A DNA stretch of 25,998 nucleotides from a virus (lineage: Duplodnaviria > Caudoviricetes): IMG/VR virus record IMGVR_UViG_3300025108_000336, positions 1 to 25,998 of that record; one strand, 5' to 3'. The first letter of the stretch is position 1. Every line of letters starts with the position of its first letter. Shown here in pieces: positions 17,087-24,705 of the stretch. The notes beneath the pieces are model-generated. The model had not been told where the DNA came from. It did not search any database and worked only from the letters and a program-made list of their open reading frames with translations. The position numbers and the translations under genes are program-made.

Positions 17087-17742
17087 CGGTCTAGTCCAGT
17101 GCTTGAACCATAGCTAGTGCGCCTAGCTTTTCTCAGGTAAGAGTCTGCCATGATCCTCATGATTGGGTTGTTGTTATCGGTCACGGTCTGGTGACCATTG
17201 TGCTCCTGCGCTGATGGCAGTGCCAGAGTTGTAAACATCTCCATTAGCTCTTGCTCTTTGGAGTCGCTGCCGGTCAATGGTCGCGCAATCAATGCTGCTA
17301 GCTGATACGCTAGGGCGTCCACATACAGCGGGTCAAACGTGGTGGTGTCTTGCTGGTCAAATACATACTCGATATTCACAGTGTCGGCAGGTGCGTCACT
17401 AGCAGTGTCCAGGTATAGCATCAGCTTGCCCTGTTGCACGTCGAAGTATTCTTTAGGCTCCCATACGTTCTCACCTTCAATTTCGACTAGCTTCAGGTGG
17501 TCTACAGGTAGCGTGTAAGATGCCTGCCACTTCCAGGCAGGTGCGGCTGCGTCCTTGGATAGGCCTACTAGCTTTTTGGCAAACTTCCACTGGGCCTTCA
17601 TCAAGGTCACCCTGCGTGCGTGATCGTAGTTTTGCTTGCAAGTCCGGGCAGGCTTGCTGCCTTCGTCGTCAATGGAGTTGATGGGACTGACTCCAATCTT
17701 TTGGAGTGCAAGGTTAGCGATATCAGTTTTGCTCGTGCTCAT
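17083..17742 (-). CDS. Tail adaptor / tail tubular protein A (T7 gp11-like, 219 aa)
   Basis: KTDIANLALQKIG...I.SIDD...ARTCKQNYD..R...L....WKFAKK...YTLPVDHL...FDPLYVDALAYQLAALIA pattern. ATGA overlap with the nozzle gene. Confidence 0.9.
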   Translation of the reverse strand: MSTSKTDIANLALQKIGVSPINSIDDEGSKPARTCKQNYDHARRVTLMKAQWKFAKKLVGLSKDAAAPAWKWQASYTLPVDHLKLVEIEGENVWEPKEYFDVQQGKLMLYLDTASDAPADTVNIEYVFDQQDTTTFDPLYVDALAYQLAALIARPLTGSDSKEQELMEMFTTLALPSAQEHNGHQTVTDNNNPIMRIMADSYLRKARRTSYGSSTGLDR

Positions 17743-17752
17743 TGGCGTATGT

Positions 17753-17793
17753 AAAAAAGAAGGGGGTCTGGGGACACAACTACCCAGACCCCC
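17753..17793 (-). terminator. Rho-independent terminator after the capsid/decoration genes
   Basis: 11-bp perfect stem (17762-17772 with 17783-17793) followed on the minus strand by TTCTTTTTT. Position analogous to the T7 terminator between head and tail genes. Confidence 0.85.
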
Positions 17794-17845
17794 CGTGGTT
17801 ACCGAAGTCTAAAAGACTTAGGAATACTTTTGCGGTTCGATGCGA

Positions 17846-18340
17846 TTAGACACCAGGGGCGATGGCAATCAGGAAGCGCACCTTCTGACCAGCACTAGGG
17901 CTGGTGATGGTGCCTAGCTCGGCCTGGAGCCACATGTCCTCGGTTTCTGCAACGTCGTCTTGCGCGATGGCTTGTGCAGCCCATGCGAAGTCGAATGCAC
18001 CGCCAGCAGAGATGTTGATGGCAGTAGATACTGCGTCATCGTCATCGGTAGCGGATCCATCCACGTCGCATTTGATCAGACCGATCTTCGCAATGTTGAA
18101 TGCAGTGCCGGGATTTTCAGCACTGATCTTGCAGAGATGCGGCACGACCTTCGCGTTTGCGGGGATCTTGCAGATGTTAATCAAATCACCGGAGGTCTCG
18201 TCAGTGCCACTGGTGAGTGTGTAGGTGGCATCGATGAACAGTAGGTTACCAGTTTGCTTATTACCAGCGTCGCGGCTCCAGGTATCGGCAGCTTCGACGG
18301 GGGTTTGCTTAGTGGCAACGTCAGTTACGTGAGTTGGCAT
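17846..18340 (-). CDS. Probable capsid decoration/cement protein (164 aa)
   Basis: Directly after the MCP and before the terminator. AAAGGA SD. Beta-rich (ATYTLT...GDLINICKIPANAKVV...VRFLIAI). Confidence 0.65.
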   Translation of the reverse strand: MPTHVTDVATKQTPVEAADTWSRDAGNKQTGNLLFIDATYTLTSGTDETSGDLINICKIPANAKVVPHLCKISAENPGTAFNIAKIGLIKCDVDGSATDDDDAVSTAINISAGGAFDFAWAAQAIAQDDVAETEDMWLQAELGTITSPSAGQKVRFLIAIAPGV

Positions 18341-18390
18341 GATGTATTATCCTTTCAGGTTAATGGTTCTAGTTCAGTGATCAGGATTCA

Positions 18391-19314
18391 TCAGGGTGAC
18401 TCATCACAGGGGACTTCGACGACTTTCTCTTCCTCAGTGCGAGTGGCACCGTGGCGACCCTTGGTGCGAACCTGGAGAGTCTCGTTCAAGTCATCACGCA
18501 CGGAGAACTTAGTGCTCTTGCCGTTAGCAGCGAATGCGACACCGTCGGAGGTCATAGCGACACAGGTGCGGATATCAGTCGAGCTATCAAGAGACAGAAG
18601 CTGAGTGCGAATGAAGTGGAAGCCCATGAAGTGATCGACTTCGCCTTCGATCAGTGCCTTCACGTCGGCGTAGCGACTGTTGGAGACTTGATCGACGTTC
18701 ACGAGGAGATCATCGAGCTGAACTTGCGAAACCAGAAAGAGCAGTCTGCTACCGAGCATCTTGCTGTTGTTCTGGCCTGCGGCTTCGTTAACACCCAGGA
18801 TCGACTTGGCCTTGATAATCTTGGCCAGGGTCAGGCCGGAGTTGGATCCGGTTCCTCCGTGGATGTAGTTGACTGCCACCTTCTGGGTAGACGGAAGATC
18901 AACGGCTTCGTCGCCATCCTCGCCGACGTATGCGGTGCCAGTGGAGGCATCGATTACGGCTTGGTCGTAGGCGCGTTGGAAGGCCATTGCGTGCGACTCG
19001 ACTACAGCACTACGAGGAGAGCTGACTTCGCCGAGAAGCTCTTCGTCCCATTCGTCCTCGTGGTAGACTTCGTCATAGGCGCGGAGCGAGAGCTTGCGCT
19101 TTGCGAAGGGTGTGTTGGACGGGATGGTTTTGCCCGAGCGTGTGGTGATAAGACGAGCAGTGCTCTTGCCGATGAAATTCAGCAGTTTGCGTTTGCCCTT
19201 AACGGCTTCTTGGCGAACCAAGGAGTGAATCCGACCTTCGCCTTGCTGCACAAGGTGCTGCCAGTTTTGATCGAACTGGTCGGTATAGTGTTGGGGGATA
19301 GTAGTATCCGGCAT
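18391..19314 (-). CDS. Major capsid protein (~307 aa)
   Basis: Likely start MPDTTIPQHYTDQFDQNWQHLVQQ..GR. Motifs AMAFQRAYDQAVIDA, GLTLAKIIKAKSIL, QLDDLL, YADVKALIEGEVDHFMGFHFI, GATRTEEEKVVEV. The longer ORF-track start at 19374 lies inside a hairpin. Confidence 0.92.
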   Translation of the reverse strand: MPDTTIPQHYTDQFDQNWQHLVQQGEGRIHSLVRQEAVKGKRKLLNFIGKSTARLITTRSGKTIPSNTPFAKRKLSLRAYDEVYHEDEWDEELLGEVSSPRSAVVESHAMAFQRAYDQAVIDASTGTAYVGEDGDEAVDLPSTQKVAVNYIHGGTGSNSGLTLAKIIKAKSILGVNEAAGQNNSKMLGSRLLFLVSQVQLDDLLVNVDQVSNSRYADVKALIEGEVDHFMGFHFIRTQLLSLDSSTDIRTCVAMTSDGVAFAANGKSTKFSVRDDLNETLQVRTKGRHGATRTEEEKVVEVPCDESP

Positions 19315-19353
19315 TGGAGTGAGTTGGTTAGAATTAACGTGTTCACTCTCGGG

Positions 19354-19389
19354 AAAAAAATAGCCCGAGAGCATTCAATACTCTCGGGC
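19354..19389 (-). terminator. Terminator-like hairpin in the MCP 5' leader
   Basis: Minus strand GCCCGAGAG-TATTGAATG-CTCTCGGGC followed by TATTTTTTT, ending about 40 nt before the MCP ATG. Confidence 0.7.
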
Positions 19390-19453
19390 CTGGGCAATTT
19401 GCGGTGATCTACTACAAGGTAGGCCTGCTCGGGTGATCCGGTCTGTGGGATTC

Positions 19454-19482
19454 AATTAGCACGATTTCGCACATGGGGTCAA
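19454..19482 (-). promoter_or_regulatory. Possible promoter for capsid genes
   Basis: TTGACC (19482-19477) followed 16 nt later by GCTAAT. The -35 is good, the -10 weak. Confidence 0.3.
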
Positions 19483-19521
19483 CAGAAAACCCCTGGCCGA
19501 CTTTGTGTAATCGACCAGGGG
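19481..19521 (-). terminator. Rho-independent terminator after the scaffold gene
   Basis: Minus strand CCCCTGGTCGA-TTACACAAAG-TCGGCCAGGGG (11 bp including one G-U) followed by TTTTCTGTT. Confidence 0.75.
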
Positions 19522-19595
19522 CGAGACAGGCGTGACCATTGCCGTCTAATTGCGTCAGGCTGAATAAGCCCTAAATGATACTGAGTGTCAATGCA

Positions 19596-20594
19596 TTAGC
19601 TCATTCCCATCCAGGTGCGAACCTTGTCCACAGTGGATTCGTCGCCTGCCCAGTATTTTTTGTATTCTGGGTTGGCTTCGTTGTTGATGATGTCGTTAGC
19701 CTTAGCCTTGAAAGATGCGTTGCTGCCATCGTCGCCTTGGACAAGTTGGTCTTCGCGCATGCCGGTGCCTGCTTTTTCCAGCATCATCAGCACCTCTGCG
19801 TTGGCAAAGATCGGGTTACTCTGCAAGGCCTCACTGTCATAGCCAAACGTCATGGCTGCACGCCGAGCTATTTCCAACTTCTCGCTGAAGTCATTGCCAC
19901 TGCCCCAGGATTTCTCCAATGTCTTTTTGTTTTCGGCTAAGTGGTTGGATGTAATCTCCTGAGCTTCGGTCTCATTGCTCTCTGCCATAGCATTCATGCG
20001 CTCCATGTCATAGGTGGCCAAGCGTGCTACTTGCTGCGGAGTGAGTCCAATTTCGTGCGCTAGATTGGTAAACTGTTTTGCGTCGTCCTCAGAGAACTTG
20101 ATAGACTCGTGCAATCCTTCAGGCGCATTAAAGTTGTAGCCTTCAGGAGTTTCTGGTCTGCCTAGCTTAGTAAAGAATGCGTCCCACTCTTCTTTCGGTG
20201 CGTCCTGGGCAGGCATGACCATTGCCTCGGCCTTAGATCCAAGAAGGGTTTGCAGGCTATGCGTGTGTTCCAAAGCGTGTATAGGGTTTTTGTATTTCCC
20301 GTAATGCTTAGAGTTTTCCTTGAACTTGTCGCGCTGCGCTTCTGGCAACCGGTCGATCCAATCCGGCACAAAGTTGCCTTCATTATCCAATAGCGAACCA
20401 AACGCAAAGTCTCCACCCTTGCTGCTTGCTTGACTGTTGCTTGACTGTTGGCCTTCGCCTTCCTGTGACTGACCGTCGTTACCCTGGCCGAAGATAGTCG
20501 AGTCCTGGCCTTCGCCAGTGCCTCCACCACCGTCGCCCCCGTCACCACCTTCTTCGTTACGAAGGAATGAGTTAAACAAATGTTTGTATAGCAT
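19596..20594 (-). CDS. Capsid assembly scaffolding protein (332 aa)
   Basis: Low-complexity Gly/Gln N-terminus, EEWDAFFTKLGRPETPEGY, AHEIGLTPQQV, LEKSWG...ARRA. Lies immediately upstream of the MCP. Confidence 0.85.
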   Translation of the reverse strand: MLYKHLFNSFLRNEEGGDGGDGGGGTGEGQDSTIFGQGNDGQSQEGEGQQSSNSQASSKGGDFAFGSLLDNEGNFVPDWIDRLPEAQRDKFKENSKHYGKYKNPIHALEHTHSLQTLLGSKAEAMVMPAQDAPKEEWDAFFTKLGRPETPEGYNFNAPEGLHESIKFSEDDAKQFTNLAHEIGLTPQQVARLATYDMERMNAMAESNETEAQEITSNHLAENKKTLEKSWGSGNDFSEKLEIARRAAMTFGYDSEALQSNPIFANAEVLMMLEKAGTGMREDQLVQGDDGSNASFKAKANDIINNEANPEYKKYWAGDESTVDKVRTWMGMS

Positions 20595-20623
20595 GTGTCT
20601 GAATTTCTATAGGTTGAAGTTAC

Positions 20624-21214
20624 TTAGGCGTCCCAATCCATTGACTCGTCTAGCTCGACGTTGGTTTCAGGCTTTTCTGTCATGTGGGTTTTGCGACGTG
20701 TGAACGTGGCGTCTTTGTATCCGTTGAACTCTTCGACACCGGTTTCCTTGTTCAGCTCGAACACTGGCACCTGGCCTTCCCCTTTGTATCCGTATTTCTC
20801 TGCCCACTTTTCTGGCCGGTTTTTCTTTAGCCACTCTACGTATGCTGGAGTCTTGTCCCCGAACTTAGGGTTCTTCTTTGGCACCGGTTGCCCGATCTTC
20901 TCGCCAAATTCCACATCGTCGCGCCAATCCTTTTTGTATGCGATGGCTTCCTCCTGGGCTTCCTTCTCTACGCCTTTCATGTCAGCAGCGACCTGCTCCT
21001 CGGGCGTCAGCTTTGGACGTTCTGTGATCTCTGCCGCAGGCTCCTGCTCCGGCTTCGCATCTAATTCGTTATACCATCGGGTCACTGCCGATACGTATTT
21101 CTTAGATTCTGGCTTCAGCTTGATGTTGCCATCTTTATCGACTAGGCCAATGACTTCACCTTCACGGTGCAGCTTGCCCTTGTCGTCGATCATATACTTC
21201 TGGTTAGTCTCCAT
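20624..21214 (-). CDS. Hypothetical protein (196 aa, highly charged)
   Basis: Co-oriented, tightly packed ORF with an A/C-rich initiation region. No family recognised. Confidence 0.75.
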   Translation of the reverse strand: METNQKYMIDDKGKLHREGEVIGLVDKDGNIKLKPESKKYVSAVTRWYNELDAKPEQEPAAEITERPKLTPEEQVAADMKGVEKEAQEEAIAYKKDWRDDVEFGEKIGQPVPKKNPKFGDKTPAYVEWLKKNRPEKWAEKYGYKGEGQVPVFELNKETGVEEFNGYKDATFTRRKTHMTEKPETNVELDESMDWDA

Positions 21215-21218
21215 AGTC

Positions 21219-21449
21219 TTAGTTGTTTAGTGGTTGTGTTGCGTTGTTGTATTCTAGTTCTAAAAGTATTTGCAGGTAGTGTATGGCCTTTTCGATGTCC
21301 TGGCGTCCGTTCTTGTTGCGGTGACGGCAGACGTATTTGATCGCGTTAGCCTCGCAGAAGTTGAGGCCATTAACTTGGCAGAAATGGGTTGGTTGTATAT
21401 TGAGGTCTTTATAGTGACTCCCGCCTATTTGCTGTTTTAGTGCGTCCAT
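21219..21449 (-). CDS. DUF3310 family protein (SaV/T7 gp1.7-related)
   Basis: QIGGSHYK...IQP...LNFCEANAIKYVCRH..KNGRQDIEKAIHYLQIL is the characteristic DUF3310 pattern. Confidence 0.88.
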   Translation of the reverse strand: MDALKQQIGGSHYKDLNIQPTHFCQVNGLNFCEANAIKYVCRHRNKNGRQDIEKAIHYLQILLELEYNNATQPLNN

Positions 21450-21450
21450 T

Positions 21451-21753
21451 TTATTCCATGTCTGAGTCCATAATCTTTTGCCCTACAGCAGACTTTTGCA
21501 GGATGCCATTGATGACCTGCCGTTGACCGATCCATTCGTTCAAGTTGGCAGGCGGCGTGATGGTCTTAATGTGTCCACTGTGGTGTTCGACCGTGTCTTT
21601 AGCTGGGCCTGCGCTTTCCCACCCGATATCACGTTTCAGAGATTCTATGAATGCCTTGCCGTCTTTTGACTTTAGCAGGCGACAATACAGGCGTGACTCT
21701 ACACGATCCTGCTTGGACATCTTCTGCACAATCTGGTCTATGCTAATGTCCAT
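21451..21753 (-). CDS. Small head-module protein, Bbp19-like (100 aa)
   Basis: LY.RLL.S.DGK.FIE.L ... GQRQVI..I pattern of the small protein usually found between portal and scaffold in BPP-1-like podoviruses. Confidence 0.65.
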   Translation of the reverse strand: MDISIDQIVQKMSKQDRVESRLYCRLLKSKDGKAFIESLKRDIGWESAGPAKDTVEHHSGHIKTITPPANLNEWIGQRQVINGILQKSAVGQKIMDSDME

Positions 21754-22154
21754 CAGTCTTGGATCCTTTCGCTAAGGTGGGAATAGGTAGCTACGCCATT
21801 GGCGTATGTGAAGGCAATGGCGCCGAGCTTGATCACGGGCTTGTCGTCCAGGTAGATCACGGTCAGCTCCTGGCCGTCGTGCTCGGCACTGACTTCACGT
21901 TTGCAGATGCACCGGTAACTTATGGCCTGGATCAATTCATCCATATCCAGCTCTTCATCTTCTTCCAGCTCCTTAAGCATCTCGCGCCCGACGGCTTGCA
22001 TAATGGCTTCCTCGGTCTTGCGCGTAACGAACTGAGTCACTGCCAGGATGCGGCTGCTGACTGTGTGTTCAATGTTGTCTTCTTCCTCAGAGGGAATGTC
22101 CTGCTGGTTATCGGGCATGTTGTGTCGGGGTTGTTGTGTTTGGTGGTTATCCAC
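21753..22154 (-). CDS. Hypothetical acidic protein (121-133 aa)
   Basis: Fills the gap after the portal with a TGATG overlap to the next gene. Start is either GTG 22154 or ATG 22118, the latter preceded by an A/C-rich tract. Confidence 0.7.
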   Translation of the reverse strand: MDNHQTQQPRHNMPDNQQDIPSEEEDNIEHTVSSRILAVTQFVTRKTEEAIMQAVGREMLKELEEDEELDMDELIQAISYRCICKREVSAEHDGQELTVIYLDDKPVIKLGAIAFTYANGVATYSHLSERIQD

Positions 22155-23793
22155 CTAAAGCCTGCGCTACTCCTTGCATTTGCTCGGGGCTGACTGCGCC
22201 AATAGCTTGCGCTCCATCTTTGAGAGCTTGCATCTCTGCCTGCTGTGCCTGCATTGCTTGCTCTTGCTGGATCGCGTTTTGGTATTCTTCTGATGTGGAT
22301 AGCCACTCTTCTCTGACGCCGAAGTTGCGTGCTACTCCTACACCGGCCACATGAGGTTTGAATATGTGACGCACTGATGGATCCACTGCCATAAGAGGTT
22401 GGATTGCCTCCAGGGTGTTCATGAGTCCGTTGCTTTGCAGGCTGCGGATTGCTAGCGCAATGCGGCTGGTAAAGGAAATGCTTGGTGGTCTGACGTGAGG
22501 CCCGAGCCTATCTTCTGCTAACACATCGGGAGGAGGTTCTGGGAAACGTCCCTGCTTCATGTAGATAGAGAAGACACGTTGCAGCAATGGTTGTAGCCAC
22601 TCTTCCTGCATGCGAATAAATGTCGGCGAAAACAGCACGAGCTTCTCGCTTGCGCGTTCCGCCACTTCTCTCGCAGTCATCTGCTTGTCCAGTTGGCTGA
22701 ACATCTTGAACAGGTCATAGTGATAGGCGTCTTTGATCTCTTGCTCACGACGCTGTAAGCGTTCGATGCCAGGCTCGTATTTGCCTTCATAGCCCCAGGT
22801 CTCGGGCTTGGCATTTTGGAAAGGATTGTAGACTGTGACACCACCAGGCCCGAGTGCTACGTCATTCGCCATGTTCGCCGGGATAAGCATGCGCGGGTAG
22901 AGAGCTACCTCTGCCATAGTGTCCATCATCTTCTCGAGGAAGTTGAGTTGGCGCGCTGCTGGCAATGCTTGCCACCCCGGACACCAGCCGTATGCGTCAG
23001 TCCCCCATTTGAGGTATCTACTGCAAAAGAATGGGTGTTCGTCGTATCCGCTTTCTCGTAGCTCCCACTTTTCGTCGGGCATGAAATACGTAGACTCGAA
23101 TGGCTTTTCTACGGCCTGGAATGAGGAGTAGTCTCGATTGTTGCGAGGCTTAACGCACTGGCACACTTTAAATTTGCGGGTGTAGCGTTCGTCCGGTTTG
23201 CCATACGCTTTGCGAGATTCTGGTGACAGCTTGTCTTCGCCGAACTTACCGGCAATCTGGTCGGCGGTCATGTCGCGCTCCCAATACATGGTATCCACCA
23301 TGCCTTCTGCATTTTCAGCAACGCAGTAGCTGCCTGCTTGCGGCACCGCAAAGAATAGGCCTGACTTGTTGTTAATGCTCTCTTCGCAGAATATGGTGCC
23401 AATACCGAAGCCTCCTCGGTCTAGGCATGCTTCATGTGCGCGTGTGTAGAAAGATGAAGTCGCCAGACCTTCTGCCATGATCTCTCCTGCGCTCGCATAC
23501 CATCTCCGGCTAGCGTCGTTATCCATGTCTCGTGGAGGCTCTGCGGTGAACCACCTTTCCGAGAATGGCATAGCGTAAGTCAACTGCCCGTGCGCCAGGG
23601 TCTGGTTGGCCTGCACAGCAGTTGTGTTGTAAAGCCGAGACTCTACCTCGCCATTTGGCGCATTAGTTTTTTGGGTGATGTATGCCTTACGTGGGCATGC
23701 CACCTCTGCGATCTCCTGGATAAATGAATCCCAGGATCCTCGTTCAGATTGGAGGGCCGAGTATACTCGGCAGAGCTTTTCAATATCCGCCAT
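22147..23793 (-). CDS. Portal protein (T7 gp8-like head-to-tail connector, 548 aa)
   Basis: LQSERGSWDS..QEIAE...P, LYNTTAVQANQTLAHG, SSFY, GGFGIG, ESGYDEHPFFCSRY...AYGWCPG..ALP, MTAREVAERASEKL...SP...R.Q.EWLQPLLQR. Confidence 0.95.
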   Translation of the reverse strand: MADIEKLCRVYSALQSERGSWDSFIQEIAEVACPRKAYITQKTNAPNGEVESRLYNTTAVQANQTLAHGQLTYAMPFSERWFTAEPPRDMDNDASRRWYASAGEIMAEGLATSSFYTRAHEACLDRGGFGIGTIFCEESINNKSGLFFAVPQAGSYCVAENAEGMVDTMYWERDMTADQIAGKFGEDKLSPESRKAYGKPDERYTRKFKVCQCVKPRNNRDYSSFQAVEKPFESTYFMPDEKWELRESGYDEHPFFCSRYLKWGTDAYGWCPGWQALPAARQLNFLEKMMDTMAEVALYPRMLIPANMANDVALGPGGVTVYNPFQNAKPETWGYEGKYEPGIERLQRREQEIKDAYHYDLFKMFSQLDKQMTAREVAERASEKLVLFSPTFIRMQEEWLQPLLQRVFSIYMKQGRFPEPPPDVLAEDRLGPHVRPPSISFTSRIALAIRSLQSNGLMNTLEAIQPLMAVDPSVRHIFKPHVAGVGVARNFGVREEWLSTSEEYQNAIQQEQAMQAQQAEMQALKDGAQAIGAVSPEQMQGVAQALGG

Positions 23794-24007
23794 TAGAAAA
23801 CATGGTAGACCCTGAGCCTAGCTTAGTGTTGCCTGCGCCTTCATTAAACATGGTATTACGGCCAGGATTCTTAGTAGCTGCATAGCCTCTGCGCTTCTTT
23901 TCTTTTTTGCGCTGCGAAGTTGCTGCGCCTGCTTGGTCTTGCAATGACTCCCGCACCCGGGGAGCAGGATCTTGCATTTTAGGCGTCTTAGGTTTGCTGA
24001 GTCCCAT
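23780..24007 (-). CDS. Small basic virion-associated protein upstream of portal (75 aa)
   Basis: MGLSKPKTPKMQDPAP...KKRRGYAAT...TKLG resembles the small pre-portal proteins of T7-like podoviruses. Overlaps both neighbours. Confidence 0.7.
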   Translation of the reverse strand: MGLSKPKTPKMQDPAPRVRESLQDQAGAATSQRKKEKKRRGYAATKNPGRNTMFNEGAGNTKLGSGSTMFSNGGY

Positions 24008-24350
24008 GATAAATTTTCTGTTTGAGAGTGTCGTAACTGTAGATGCGCGGAGCTTTGCCTCTGCGCGAGAACGCTACCCACTTAACTGGCTGGTGTGGGA
24101 AAGTAAAGAACTCTTTTATGTCGCCAACTGCTAAATACATGTAGATGCAATCTAAGTTTCCTGGCGGGTTGTGGTCTGGGTCAGCCATGTCATCCAGGCT
24201 CCAATTACGCGAAACGTAACGACATAGGATAAAGCATCTGTCATTTGACAATACGTAGCCGTGCAACATGTGTGACTCCAAGTCCTGCAAAAACGTGCGG
24301 TCGCATTCCATTATCTGGTATTGCTGCGCTGCCTTTTCCGCAGGTGTCAT
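23988..24350 (-). CDS. Hypothetical protein (120 aa), possibly degenerate GNAT-like
   Basis: ATGA coupling with the upstream gene. HGYVLSNDRCFILCR...CIYMYLAVG...WVAFSRRG..RIY. Fold assignment is a guess. Confidence 0.7.
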   Translation of the reverse strand: MTPAEKAAQQYQIMECDRTFLQDLESHMLHGYVLSNDRCFILCRYVSRNWSLDDMADPDHNPPGNLDCIYMYLAVGDIKEFFTFPHQPVKWVAFSRRGKAPRIYSYDTLKQKIYHGTQQT

Positions 24351-24586
24351 ATGCCTAGGTCGCCAAAGTTTGAGTCGTATATCTCGTCGAGTATCTCCTG
24401 AGTGTGCTCGGGCAGATAGTCTGGGTCAGGTTGCTGCGCGAACTCTGCAACCAGGTGCTCCACTCTGTGCTGCGGTATCGGCCCTAGCCTAGCCAAGAAC
24501 TCGTCGCTGATGGCATTGATCAAGCCGTGGCTAATTACCGTGCCTTCAGGTAGATCGCATATCTTAATGAGAAACGGGTCGTCCAT
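24347..24586 (-). CDS. Hypothetical acidic protein (~79 aa)
   Basis: Likely start is ATG 24586 (MDDPFLIKIC), just downstream of a sigma70-like promoter. The ORF-track TTG start at 24661 lies within a structured intergenic element. Confidence 0.6.
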   Translation of the reverse strand: MDDPFLIKICDLPEGTVISHGLINAISDEFLARLGPIPQHRVEHLVAEFAQQPDPDYLPEHTQEILDEIYDSNFGDLGI

Positions 24587-24595
24587 TTGATTGTG

Positions 24596-24624
24596 ATCAT
24601 ATCCTGATAAATAGAAATCGACAA
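24596..24624 (-). promoter_or_regulatory. Sigma70-type promoter
   Basis: TTGTCG (24624-24619), 17 nt AT-rich spacer, TATGAT (24601-24596). 9 nt separate it from the ATG at 24586. Confidence 0.6.
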
Positions 24625-24626
24625 GA

Positions 24627-24701
24627 GAAGGGTGGGTGAATGACGGAGGAAAAAACACCAAACCCCCGACCTCGCATTACTGGTAGAGGCACCCACCCTT
24701 C
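24627..24701. repeat. 12-bp perfect inverted repeat enclosing two smaller hairpins
   Basis: GAAGGGTGGGTG (24627-24638) and CACCCACCCTTC (24690-24701), 51 nt apart. Confidence 0.85.
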
Positions 24702-24705
24702 AAGA

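Noticed and set aside
17805-17819. Small hairpin AAGTCT-AAA-AGACTT upstream of the capsid terminator
   Set aside because: A 6-bp AT-rich stem is too weak to call and could be chance.
18340-18396. CCC-TGA at the MCP end as a programmed frameshift site giving an extended capsid protein
   Set aside because: The +1 frame stops after GAT GAA TCC. The -1 frame, which is that of the next gene, stops after CTG ATG AAT CCT GAT CAC. There is also a second in-frame TGA, so no fusion is possible.
18451-19407. 318 aa plus-strand ORF antisense to the MCP
   Set aside because: Almost entirely shadows the MCP, has no recognisable motif, and is explained by the biased codon usage of a highly expressed gene.
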